This document shows positions 19,682 to 29,065 of a DNA stretch of 64,000 bases, piece after piece; position 1 is the stretch's first letter, and each line of letters opens with the position of its first letter. The notes beneath the pieces were generated by a model. It did no database searches. It had not been told where the DNA came from and saw only the letters and a list, made by a program, of their open reading frames with translations. Position numbers and translations under genes: made by a program. The stretch comes from SAR202 cluster bacterium (GTDB lineage: Bacteria; Chloroflexota; Dehalococcoidia; Lucifugimonadales; UBA3495): contig VGZV01000005.1 of the NCBI GenBank assembly GCA_016872385.1, positions 6,578-70,577 of the forward strand, written 5' to 3'.

Positions 19682-20374
19682 ATGAAATTGCTGGTAATCT
19701 CCGGCGGCAGGCACCCCTACAACGAGTCCACTCCAATCCTGGAGGGGTTTCTCAAGGCGGCGGGGCATCAGGTCACCGTGACGGAAGATCCCTCGGTGCT
19801 GGCCCGGTCCAGAGACATGGCTGACTATGACGTGCTGGTGTTCAACACCCGGCGGGAGAACCTGCCCGATGCAGGCAACCTGGCGCTGACCAAACCCCAG
19901 CAGCGCGGCCTGGCCAACTTTGTCAGCAAGGGCAAGGGGTTTGTCTGTTTGCACATCTCCACCTGCCTTTCCAGCGCTTGGCCAGAGTACCACGAAATTA
20001 CTGGCGGCGGCTGGATTACCGGCGCCAGCTTCCATCCGCCATATGGCCAGTTCACGGTCAACGTCAAAGACCCCAATCACCCAGGGGTGCGCGGCGTCTA
20101 TGACTTTATGACCAACGACGAGCTTTACATGGGAATCACCTTTAAGGAAGGCAACCAGGTATTCATCTCCGGCGACGCCAAAGACGGCACCTACCCTTGG
20201 GGACCCCAGCGCCAGCCCAAGTTCATGGCCGGAGGCACCTTCCCCCTGGGCTGGACCCGGCGCTATGGGAATGGCAAGGTCTTTACGCTGCTGCTAGGGC
20301 ACAATGGCCTGAGTTTCCAGACCCCGGAATTCCAGAAGATGGTGCTCAACGGCGTGGAATGGGTGACAGTTTAG
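19682..20374 (+). CDS. ThuA-like (class I glutamine amidotransferase-like) domain protein
   Basis: YDVLVFNT, FVSKGKGFVCLH, HPPYGQFTV, TNDELY, WTRRYGNGKVFTLLLGH. Confidence 0.85.
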   Translation: MKLLVISGGRHPYNESTPILEGFLKAAGHQVTVTEDPSVLARSRDMADYDVLVFNTRRENLPDAGNLALTKPQQRGLANFVSKGKGFVCLHISTCLSSAWPEYHEITGGGWITGASFHPPYGQFTVNVKDPNHPGVRGVYDFMTNDELYMGITFKEGNQVFISGDAKDGTYPWGPQRQPKFMAGGTFPLGWTRRYGNGKVFTLLLGHNGLSFQTPEFQKMVLNGVEWVTV

Positions 20375-20519
20375 AGAGAGCATGGCCCCCATCCCAGCCT
20401 TCCCCCTTGCCAAGGGGGAAAGGGCTTGATCGCCCTCCTTCTGGAACAGGGGGGTGGTCAGGGTGGGGGTAACAACCCCTCACGTTGCTCCTCTCTGCTG
20501 GGGAGCCTTGCCCGTAGAT

Positions 20520-20880
20520 TGCTAAGAGTACCTAACAAAATGAAGGATGTCATTCTGAGGAGTCCTGATGACATCGTGACGACGAAGAATCTGGGGTGGG
20601 GCAAAGGCCCACCACCCCAGACCCTTCGTCCTTCAGCCGAAGGACTCAGGGTGACAGCTTCGGCATTTTGTTAGGGGGTCTAAGAGGGTGTGTGACAATT
20701 CCCGCTCGTGGTGAGCTTGTCGAACCATGAGCGGGCTGGGTAGACGGCATTTCTCACACACGCTCTAAGGGATAGGTCGTCGTTCCGGCAGAAGCCGGAA
20801 CCCAGATATGGCCGCAGCTCCGCAGAGGGCCTGGACACCGGCTTTCGCCGGTGTGACGAGATTTTTCGGGCAAAGCCCTG
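20520..20880. repeat. Array of three capped REP-like palindromic elements
   Basis: ctaagagtacctaacaaaatg...cattttgttaggggtctaag; gagggtgtgtga...tcacacacgctc; then a GTCGTTCCGGC..AAGCCGGAA / ACACCGGCTTTCGCCGGTGTGACG core. Confidence 0.7.
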
Positions 20881-20959
20881 CTAGGGGGAGAAAGTCCTGG
20901 GTATTCCAAGCGCGTTACACGGTGGCCAACCCCCAAATTGTCGGAGGGAGGGAAGGAAA

Positions 20960-21949
20960 ATGGCAGAGTTAGTATTGGGCCTGGCTTCATCCCACAGTCC
21001 GCAGCTTAGCACGCCCGCAGAGGGCTGGGCCATGCGGGGCGAGCGGGACAAGGCCAACCGGGAGTTGATTGGCACTGACGGCATCACTTCGGACTACGAG
21101 TCGCTGCTGGCCCGCACCGACGTGAAGCGCATCGCCAGGGAGATTACGCCGGAGAAGTTCCAGAAGCGGCATGAGCAGAACCAGAAGGCCATCGCCAAAC
21201 TTTCTGACGCCCTTTACCGGGCCAAGCTGGACGTGCTGGTGATAGTGGGCGACGACCAGCAGGAATACCTGCGGGACGACAACATGCCGGCCTTCTGCAT
21301 TTACCGGGGCAGTGAAGTAAAGGTGGGCGGCGGGGAAAAGGGCATCACCGGCCAGCTTCTGCTGGGATACGCGGCGGAGGACCGCATGGCCCCCACCAAC
21401 GCAGACCTGGGCCAGCACATGATTGAGTACCTCATTGAAGACGAGTTTGACGTGGGGAGCTCCAAGTTCCTGGATGCCAACAAGGGCGGCCGTTCCAAGG
21501 GCGGCATCGGCCACGCCTTTACTTACGTTTATAACCGGCTAATGACCCAGGACATCATCCCCGTGGCGCCGGTGATGCTCAACACCTACTACCCGCCTAA
21601 CCAGCCCACGCCCCGCCGGTGCTACAACCTGGGCCGGTCCATCAAGAGCGCCATTGAGTCCTGGCCGGTCAAGGCGCGGGTGGGCATTGTGGCCTCCGGC
21701 GGCATGAGCCACTTTGTGGTGGACGAGGAGCTGGACCAGATGGCCCTGGAGGGGATGCGGGACAAGAGCGTGGTGAAGCTGTCCCAACTGCCGCGGGAGA
21801 AAATCAACTCCGGAAGCTCAGAAATCCGCAACTGGATTGTGGTGGCGGGGGCTGCGGAGCACATGAAGATGAACGTGGTGGACTACGTGCCCTGCTACCG
21901 CTCGCCTGCGGGCACCGGCTGCGGCATGGGCTTTGCCAAGTGGAGCTAG
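20960..21949 (+). CDS. Class III extradiol ring-cleavage dioxygenase, LigB-like catalytic subunit
   Basis: LGLASSHSP, VIVGDDQ, IGHAF, VGIVASGGMSHF, SSEIRNWI. Confidence 0.85.
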   Translation: MAELVLGLASSHSPQLSTPAEGWAMRGERDKANRELIGTDGITSDYESLLARTDVKRIAREITPEKFQKRHEQNQKAIAKLSDALYRAKLDVLVIVGDDQQEYLRDDNMPAFCIYRGSEVKVGGGEKGITGQLLLGYAAEDRMAPTNADLGQHMIEYLIEDEFDVGSSKFLDANKGGRSKGGIGHAFTYVYNRLMTQDIIPVAPVMLNTYYPPNQPTPRRCYNLGRSIKSAIESWPVKARVGIVASGGMSHFVVDEELDQMALEGMRDKSVVKLSQLPREKINSGSSEIRNWIVVAGAAEHMKMNVVDYVPCYRSPAGTGCGMGFAKWS

Positions 21950-22056
21950 GGTAAACTTCCTCTCACCTGGTGGGAGAGGATTGAGGTGAGGGGGCTCGCC
22001 CTCACCCCAGCCCTCTCCCAAGGAGGGAGAGGGTGCAGTTGCGTTGCGAGAAGTGT

Positions 22057-22257
22057 TTAAGTCCCCCGGTCCCGCGGCCCAAAGGCCCAGGCCAGGATGC
22101 CCAACACCAGCAAAATCAGGCCCAGGACCAGCGCGCCCCAGCCCAGGGCCTTGATGAACCAGCCGATGATGGGCATCAGCAGCACCAGCCCCACAATAAT
22201 CAAGACCAGGCCGCAGCCCACGTAGGCCCTGGGGCCGTTCCAGTTGTAGTAGAGCAT
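22057..22257 (-). CDS. Small two-TM membrane protein
   Basis: 66 aa, two hydrophobic stretches; starts 7 nt after the upstream gene's stop. Confidence 0.6.
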   Translation of the reverse strand: MLYYNWNGPRAYVGCGLVLIIVGLVLLMPIIGWFIKALGWGALVLGLILLVLGILAWAFGPRDRGT

Positions 22258-22263
22258 GGGGGC

Positions 22264-22725
22264 CTACATCCTAAGCAGTTCCCGGAGAGACTTTAGGCGC
22301 GGTGTTTCCTGTAAATGCGCAACAAGGCGCTGGAAGCGGTCAAGGCTGTGGGTAATCTCGCTTTTTAGGCCAGAGGCACTGGCTGGCAAATTGTAGCTAG
22401 CCAGGTTCACCTGAGCCTCTTGCGCAGCACGCAATATCCACTCCTCTAGCCGAGGCCTCAGCACCACCACCAGGTTGCCACGTGCCGTGTGCTGCCACAG
22501 CCGGAGTCCCAAAGGCTCTAGTTCCTGTGCAATCGACATTCGGTTAAAGTAGGCAGGCTGATTAGCTCCAGGATCTTCGTCCACCATTGCCCTGGCCCCA
22601 TTCTGCTTGTTCAACTGGGCGGCCACACCGTACTTGCCTTTTAACCCGTGGACAATCTGTCTCACTGGAAGACCGGATACCGCCCGAACCAGCACCTCAT
22701 CCGGCTTGCACTCCACGTAAATCAT
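22264..22725 (-). CDS. TOPRIM-like (DUF4435/OLD-type) putative nuclease partner of ABC ATPase
   Basis: YVECKPDE, VDEDP (DxD) and LEEWIL acidic motifs; ATGA overlap with the ATPase stop. Confidence 0.6.
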   Translation of the reverse strand: MIYVECKPDEVLVRAVSGLPVRQIVHGLKGKYGVAAQLNKQNGARAMVDEDPGANQPAYFNRMSIAQELEPLGLRLWQHTARGNLVVVLRPRLEEWILRAAQEAQVNLASYNLPASASGLKSEITHSLDRFQRLVAHLQETPRLKSLRELLRM

Positions 22726-23720
22726 TTGCTTTCCAGATACCGCTCCAGGTTGGAGAACACGTCAATCTCCCCCAGTTCAGCCAGATCCTGGTCGCTAAGC
22801 TGCTTAACCTTGGTCTGGTAGTCTTCGTAGTAGACAATGTTCACGGCGATGTCTTTCTTGGGCGCCTTGGACAGCAGAGGGAGCAATAAGTACGGGTTGT
22901 GGGTGGTGATGAAATACCGGTTGTTGTTTTCGTCCAGGGCAATGGCCTCGGCCAGCTGCTTGGTGTAGTAGGGGAAGGCGTGAGACTCTGGCTCCTCAAA
23001 AATCAGCACCGAGTCCTTGTTGGACAGGATGGCCGCCATATAGAAAGTGATACGCTGGAGGGTGTCTGAGACCAGGGAGTAGGGATATGAGATAATTACG
23101 GCTTCAACCTCTTTTACAATCTCTAAAGTTTCCTCTTGTGGCCGAAGACCAAGACGCAAACCTCTGGCCTGAAAAGGCTGGCTGATTATTCGTAGTATTT
23201 CTCTGTTACCGCGTAAAAGCGACAATAGATTATCACCAGTAGGTGGCAAGAGAAAACGAGATTGTTTCTCAGGGAAATTTTCTCTTACTGCGAATCTATA
23301 ATACTTAAATTGGCTTGCGTCAGATGATGATAATCTGCCCACTCGATAAAATAAATCGTAGTCGCCAGCAATTTCCCCTATTAGCTTGCCGTTCTTTTCA
23401 TATTCACCTTCTAGTGTGTCTTTATTGAACCCAATTGCGGCGGAGACGGTGTCATACTGGATCTCAATAATATGATCCAGATCTTCGTCGTAGAAAATGT
23501 TACTGGTACGCTCGAATCTCACGAATTCATGGGCCATTTGCCGAGCTGCCCGGCGTCCGCTGCTTGAGTACGCTAGGAAAGAAAACATCCCCAACGCTTC
23601 CAGGATGTTGGACTTGCCCGTGTTGGGTTCGCCAATGAAGACGTTGACCCGCTTGCAGGGCAGGGTCAACTCTTTAATAGACTTGAACCGGCTGATGTGC
23701 AGGGTGTTGTTTATAGGCAT
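22722..23720 (-). CDS. ABC-type ATPase (AAA_15/AAA_21-like; OLD/AriA type)
   Basis: Walker A GEPNTGKS, degenerate signature VSDT, Walker B IFEEPESH, H-loop FITTHNP. Confidence 0.85.
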   Translation of the reverse strand: MPINNTLHISRFKSIKELTLPCKRVNVFIGEPNTGKSNILEALGMFSFLAYSSSGRRAARQMAHEFVRFERTSNIFYDEDLDHIIEIQYDTVSAAIGFNKDTLEGEYEKNGKLIGEIAGDYDLFYRVGRLSSSDASQFKYYRFAVRENFPEKQSRFLLPPTGDNLLSLLRGNREILRIISQPFQARGLRLGLRPQEETLEIVKEVEAVIISYPYSLVSDTLQRITFYMAAILSNKDSVLIFEEPESHAFPYYTKQLAEAIALDENNNRYFITTHNPYLLLPLLSKAPKKDIAVNIVYYEDYQTKVKQLSDQDLAELGEIDVFSNLERYLESK

Positions 23721-23723
23721 GGC

Positions 23724-24557
23724 CTACCCTCCCGCTGCCCGGTAGCTGGCCGCGCTTTCCTCCACCCGGCCTTCCTCCACCAGCTTGCCCAGGTGGGTGC
23801 GCACGTTGCGGGCCGCCGCCTCGTGCAGGTTCTGGCGCAGGTTCTTGGGGTACACCTGGGCCACAATTTCTGACACCGTGCTGGCCCCGCCGTCCAGGGC
23901 TTTCAGCACTTGCTGTTCCCGGGCGTTGCGGTGCTGGATGTAGTATTGGATGCGGGCCGTGCCGTTCTGCACTACGTTGCCGTGGCCGGGACATATCAGG
24001 TCGGGTTTCTGCTTCGCCATCAACTCCAGGGAGTTCATGTACTGTTTCAGGTTGCGCACCGTGCCCGTGGAGTTGCCCAGGATGGTGTCGCCGCTGAACA
24101 GCACTTTGTCGGCGGTCATGTAATAGGCTACGTGGTCGTCCTCGTGGCCGGGGGTAAACAGCGCCCGCAGGCCTATGCCGTCTCCGGCAGGCACCACTTC
24201 CCGGGAGCGCAACTTCTCCACAACTCCAGGCCCCAGCCGTTGGGTTAGCTTGGGCTCCAGCTTGGGGTGGCAGCGCACCGGGCAGTCCATAACCTCCTGC
24301 AGCCGGTCCGCCCCGCCAATGTGGTCGCCGTGGCTATGGGTAATCAGAATGGCCGAAATGCGGGGCCGGCCCAGTTCAGCGTAGTAGTCCAGAATTTGCC
24401 GGGTCCAGGCCCGGTACGGCTCGCCCGTGTCCACCACCACCATGTGATCTTTGGGGTCGCCCACAAAGTAAATCTGGGTGCCGCCGGGGTGCATGGCCCC
24501 AAAGGTGTTCGGGTCCTCCATGATGTGGGTGCTGTAAACGTGTTTGGTGATTTGCAT
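23724..24557 (-). CDS. Metallo-beta-lactamase fold hydrolase with C-terminal winged helix (LACTB2-like)
   Basis: THSHGDHIGG, TPGHEDDH, LFSGDTILG, PGHG; start MQITKH inferred. Confidence 0.9.
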   Translation of the reverse strand: MQITKHVYSTHIMEDPNTFGAMHPGGTQIYFVGDPKDHMVVVDTGEPYRAWTRQILDYYAELGRPRISAILITHSHGDHIGGADRLQEVMDCPVRCHPKLEPKLTQRLGPGVVEKLRSREVVPAGDGIGLRALFTPGHEDDHVAYYMTADKVLFSGDTILGNSTGTVRNLKQYMNSLELMAKQKPDLICPGHGNVVQNGTARIQYYIQHRNAREQQVLKALDGGASTVSEIVAQVYPKNLRQNLHEAAARNVRTHLGKLVEEGRVEESAASYRAAGG

Positions 24558-24670
24558 GGCAACCTCGCTCCCTTGTACCCCCATCCTGGCCTTCCCCCTT
24601 ACCAAGGGGGAAGGAACACCAATCTCCCCCTTGGTAAGGGGGAGATACAGAGGGGGTCGTAACTCCCAGG

Positions 24671-25147
24671 TTACAAAGTCCTCAAGTACCTGCCCAGCAA
24701 GTCCAGGGCAGCCTGGGCCGCGCCCCGTTTGTTGGCGTCCCGCTCGCCGCCGGTCACCAGGATTTCCACGGCGGTGTCCGGGCCGTCCTTTACCGACAAT
24801 CCGATAAAGAAAGTCCCGATGGGCATCCCGGAGCGCCCGGCTCCCGGCCCGGTGACGCCGGTGGTGGAGATGCCGAAATCGGTTTTGGTCAGCTCGCGGA
24901 CGCCCCGGGCCATGGCAATGGCCACCTCCCGGCTGACGCTGCCATAGGTCTGGTACACCTGGTCCGGCACCCCCAGGACGCTCTGCTTGAGCCCGCCGGT
25001 GTAGGCGATGACCCCGCCGGGGAAATACTGGGACGCCCCAGGCATGGTGCCCAGCAGGTAGCCCACCAGGCCGCAGGTGCAGGCCTCCGCCACTGAGACG
25101 GTTTTGCTGCGGGCCAGCAGAATCTCGGCAATCTCCTTAACTTCCAT
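24671..25147 (-). CDS. pncC: CinA C-terminal domain protein (NMN deamidase PncC-like)
   Basis: VSVAEACTCGLVG, YFPGGVIAY, YGSVSREVAIAMA, STTGVTGP; start MEVKE inferred (upstream ORF extension is repeat-derived). Confidence 0.8.
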   Translation of the reverse strand: MEVKEIAEILLARSKTVSVAEACTCGLVGYLLGTMPGASQYFPGGVIAYTGGLKQSVLGVPDQVYQTYGSVSREVAIAMARGVRELTKTDFGISTTGVTGPGAGRSGMPIGTFFIGLSVKDGPDTAVEILVTGGERDANKRGAAQAALDLLGRYLRTL

Positions 25148-25180
25148 CAGGCGTTCCTCCCAGCGGGTTAGAAAATTCTC

Positions 25181-25490
25181 TAAGAGGGTGTGTGACAATT
25201 CCCGCTGGTGGTGAGTCCCGACGTATCGGGATCCCGACCAGGTCGGGGCTTGTCGAACCATGAGCGGGCTAAAAGCTACTCATCCTTCGACAAGCTCAGG
25301 ATGAGCGGGCTGGGTAGACGGCATTTCTTACACAGGCTCTAATAACCCATCCTGAAATCAGCATTATGCCCGTTCGCCCTTCGACTGGCTCAGGGTGAGC
25401 GGATTAGCTAACCCGCTCATGGTAAGTCCTTCGGCTGAAGGACGAGCTTGTCGAACCATAGGGGGCGTTTTCAGGACAGGCTCTAAATCT
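25181..25490. repeat. Two abutting capped REP-like composites
   Basis: gagggtgtgtgacaattcc...ttacacaggctc and cctgaaa...tttcagga; first core matches 2978-3097 inverted. Confidence 0.75.
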
Positions 25491-25526
25491 TCGCATGGCT
25501 GTGGGCTTCAAAGCCGCCCATGCAGT

Positions 25527-26261
25527 TTACTTTTGCAGTAATAGAAAAAACTCCCGGTTGCCCGCATCGCCCAGTATGGGCGAGGGACAGATGTTTCGCA
25601 CCCGCACCTTATGTTCCACCGCCCACAGCACTACCTTGCCCAGGACTTGGGAGTGGACTTTGGGGTCTTTCACAACCCCGCCGCGGCCTACATCTTTTGG
25701 GCTGGCCTCAAACTGAGGTTTGACCAGGGCCGCCACATATCCCAGTTCCTTCAAATGCTGGAGGGCAGAGGGCAGAACCATCGTCAATGATATGAAGGAT
25801 ACGTCCACCGTCACTATATCCACCGGCTCCGGCAAAGGGAAGGGGTAACGGGCGTTGAGCTTCTCCATCACCACCACCCGGTGGTCCTGCCGCAGCTTGT
25901 GGCTCAACTGGCCGTGCCCCACGTCCACGGCGTAGACTTTGCGGGCGCCGCGCTGGAGCAGGCAGTCGGTGAAGCCGCCGGTGGAAGCGCCCACGTCCAA
26001 GGCCACCATGTCCGTCACTGAAAGGCCAAACTGGTCTAAAGCATGGGCCAGTTTTACTCCGCCCCGGCTCACGTAGGGCAGCCTGCCGCGCACCTCCAGG
26101 GGCGTGTCCTGGGACAAGGGTGTGCCGGGCTTGCTCACCGGCCCGGCGGGGGTAAAGACTATCCCAGCCATAATTAGCGCCTGGGCCTGTTCACGGCTTT
26201 CGGCCAGGCCGCGTTCAGCCAGGAGCAGGTCGGCGCGTTTTTTAGGCTGGCGTGGCGGCAT
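25527..26261 (-). CDS. tlyA: TlyA family rRNA 2'-O-methyltransferase
   Basis: S4 domain, YVSRGGVKL, LDVGASTGGFTD, DVSFISL, LVKPQFE, GDAGNREF. Confidence 0.95.
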   Translation of the reverse strand: MPPRQPKKRADLLLAERGLAESREQAQALIMAGIVFTPAGPVSKPGTPLSQDTPLEVRGRLPYVSRGGVKLAHALDQFGLSVTDMVALDVGASTGGFTDCLLQRGARKVYAVDVGHGQLSHKLRQDHRVVVMEKLNARYPFPLPEPVDIVTVDVSFISLTMVLPSALQHLKELGYVAALVKPQFEASPKDVGRGGVVKDPKVHSQVLGKVVLWAVEHKVRVRNICPSPILGDAGNREFFLLLQK

Positions 26262-26284
26262 AGGAGCAAGACATGGCTGCTGCG

Positions 26285-27418
26285 CTAGGTGGCGGAAACG
26301 TCTGAGGGGGCCGGGCCAAACCTGGCAGCCTGCAATTGTTCCGTAGTCACCGGCGGGGCCGATGCCAGGCGGTCGGGCAGGCCGGCGGGGGGATGCACGT
26401 CCTTCAAAGCTGGAATCACTTCCTCGCCCATGAGGCGGATGGACCGCATTATCTTTTCGTGTTCGATGCCGCCAAACATCATCCAGTTGCTGACGTGGGT
26501 CACGCCCAGTTCTGCGGCGCGCCGGAACTTCTGGATGACTGCGTCGGGGCGGCCAAAGTAAAGCCGTTCCAGAAAAGCGTCATCGCCCAGCTCTCCGGCG
26601 TAGGGGCCGGTGGACACCCGGCCATCAGTGACCTCCAGCCGGGTCAGGGCGCGGCCCGCCCGGTTCTGCCACCGGGCGTAGCCCACCTGGGCGCGGGCTT
26701 CTTGTTCGGTCTCCGCCACGTGGGTGAGGGATTGCAGGCCCAATTCCAGCCCGTGGATAGGTTTACCCAGGGCCAGGCGAGCGTGAATCAGGGAGCCAAA
26801 GTGGGCCAGTACGCCGGAAGCGCCCAGCAGGCCGGTGGTGATGGGCATCATGTCCCGCTGGGCGGCCAGCTTCATGGTGTCTACGCTGGTGCCTGCCACC
26901 CAGAGGGGCGGGTAAGGCTTCTGCAGCGGCTTGGGCCAGACCGTCACCGGATCCGGCACCTGGAGGTACTGGCCCTGGTAGGTGAAGGACTCGTCCCGGG
27001 TCCAGGCCAGTTCCAGAACGTCCAGAGCTTCGTTGAACCGTTGGCGTGTCTCCTCCAGGGGGATGCCGAAGCGGGCAAGTTCGTGGGGCTGGTAGCCCCG
27101 GCCTACGCCGCAGATAAACCGGCCATCGGTCAGATTGTCCAGCACCGCCACCTCTTCTGCCAGCCGCAGGGGCTGCCAGATGGGCACCACCAGTGCCGCG
27201 GTGGCAATGCGCAGGCGTTTGGTGCGCTGGGCGATGTGCAGCGCCTGGAGCAGGGGCGCCGGGGAGTTGCCGTAGTTGGAGAAATGGTGCTCGGCAATCA
27301 GGCAGTATTCAAAGCCCATTTCCTCTGAATACTGAAGCTGCTCAATGCCCTCTTCAAAAAGGGTCTTCCAGTTGCGCAGAGCGGGATTCGGCCACTCGTA
27401 GAACAGGCCGAATTTCAT
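26285..27418 (-). CDS. LLM-class (luciferase-like) flavin-dependent monooxygenase
   Basis: MKFGLF, IAEHHFS, LAEEVAVLDNLTDGR, GVGRGY, PKPLQKPYPPLWVA. Confidence 0.93.
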   Translation of the reverse strand: MKFGLFYEWPNPALRNWKTLFEEGIEQLQYSEEMGFEYCLIAEHHFSNYGNSPAPLLQALHIAQRTKRLRIATAALVVPIWQPLRLAEEVAVLDNLTDGRFICGVGRGYQPHELARFGIPLEETRQRFNEALDVLELAWTRDESFTYQGQYLQVPDPVTVWPKPLQKPYPPLWVAGTSVDTMKLAAQRDMMPITTGLLGASGVLAHFGSLIHARLALGKPIHGLELGLQSLTHVAETEQEARAQVGYARWQNRAGRALTRLEVTDGRVSTGPYAGELGDDAFLERLYFGRPDAVIQKFRRAAELGVTHVSNWMMFGGIEHEKIMRSIRLMGEEVIPALKDVHPPAGLPDRLASAPPVTTEQLQAARFGPAPSDVSAT

Positions 27419-27692
27419 GGTGGTTGCATCTCCTGTAGAAAGCTTGGATGAACTCAGTGGCGTGTGGCAATCCCCTCCCCTTACCAAGGGAGGTTAGGTG
27501 GGGTGGTCTGACCCCCTCGGCTCCCCCTTGGTAAGGGGGAGAAACTACGGTGCCACGCCCACTTCGCCTTTACTGCCAGAGAGTGTATCGGGCAGGCAAG
27601 GCAGCGTCAACCTTGTCATGGGAAATAAAATCCCCCCAACCCCCTTTATGAAAGGGGGCCAGGGGGATTTCGCATCATTGATTGAATGAACT

Positions 27693-28715
27693 CTACCCCG
27701 CTTCGTTGACCCGATACACCCGCACGGCCGTGTCGTGGAGCATGGCCGGCCGCTCTGAGGCGGAGTAGCTCTTGGAGAACCGCTTGAAGCCATTCCACAG
27801 CACGTGGTAGGAGAAGGACACTTTGTCCGGCGGGAAGTTGCTTTCAAACATGCAGCGGTTGGGACCAAACTTCTCAATGCAGTAGGTCATGAAGGGGGCC
27901 ATGTCCCTGGCCAGTTCTTCCGAGCCGATGGGCTTTTCCCGGGTGTGCCAGTCGAACCCGAAGCGCGGCATTCCAATGCCGCCCAGCTTCATGTTGATGT
28001 TGGGACAGGCGGCCACGGCATCAATGCCTTTGCGCCAGGCGCTCATGATTTCTTCGCCCTTATTGGCGTAGGGGCCGGTGCGGTTCAGGCCGCCCAGGTG
28101 GTTCAGAATGATGGTCAGGTCCGGCACCGCCTTCGCAAAAGCCGCCAGCTCCGGCAACTGATGAAAGACCAGGCCGGTGTCCATGGACAGGCCCATGCGG
28201 GCCAGGGCTTTGGCCCCGGCGCGGAAGTTGGCGGTAGCCAAAATGCCCTTGGTCTCCCGGTTATCCATCCCCGGGTTGGGGTCCCAGGTGACGGTGTGGC
28301 GAATGCCGCGGAACCGGTTGGGGCTGGCCGCCTTCAGCGCTTCCAGCACTGGCGCAACCTTATCACCCAGCTTCAGGTCAGCGTGGCCGATGATAGACGC
28401 CGCCGCCCGGCATGGACCATACAGGCCGCTGGCGCTGGCCGCCGCCATGCCCTGCACAAACTCTACCTCGCCCACCGGACGCATTTCTGCGGGGCCTTCC
28501 TGCCGGTACATGGCCCGCGTCTCAATAAATACCGTGGACTTCACGTTATGGCCGCTGCCTACGTCGGCCATCAGTTCGTGCAGCAAATAGCGCTGGTAGG
28601 GGATGCGCACGGGACGGAAGTCCCAAAGATGGTGGTGGGGATCACAGATAGGCAGCTCGGGCTCCAGAATGGGTTCCTTGGTCAGTGCCAGCCAGTCGTT
28701 TCCCCCATAAGGCAT
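27693..28715 (-). CDS. Amidohydrolase_2 family protein
   Basis: ICDPHHHLW, FRGIRH, IILNHLGG, FGPNRCMFESNFPPD; start MPYGGN inferred. Confidence 0.9.
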   Translation of the reverse strand: MPYGGNDWLALTKEPILEPELPICDPHHHLWDFRPVRIPYQRYLLHELMADVGSGHNVKSTVFIETRAMYRQEGPAEMRPVGEVEFVQGMAAASASGLYGPCRAAASIIGHADLKLGDKVAPVLEALKAASPNRFRGIRHTVTWDPNPGMDNRETKGILATANFRAGAKALARMGLSMDTGLVFHQLPELAAFAKAVPDLTIILNHLGGLNRTGPYANKGEEIMSAWRKGIDAVAACPNINMKLGGIGMPRFGFDWHTREKPIGSEELARDMAPFMTYCIEKFGPNRCMFESNFPPDKVSFSYHVLWNGFKRFSKSYSASERPAMLHDTAVRVYRVNEAG

Positions 28716-29065
28716 ATGCGCACCTCTCTTAATTATCCAAATTCCATGGAAATTTGGCCCTTTCCGGCAATCAGGACGCCCTTGACGGTGGGAGTATATG
28801 TTGGGCCGTGGATGCGGGTCAATCACCTGATATGGTGGGCTAATGACGACATTCAAGTCATATCTAGGTCAAATTTAGAGGCAGTTTGGTGAATTGATGG
28901 CCTCTGTGAGGATTTGGGCTATTATGCAACGTTACAGCGGGTGTAAAATCTTTGCGTTCAAGGTCAGGCTAGGATGGGTAAAGGGCCAATTATCTAATGC
29001 CTTGCCTTGAGCGTTTCAGACTGTGTCCAGGCCGGGACTCGGTTTTGCCAATGAGGTGATTGAGC

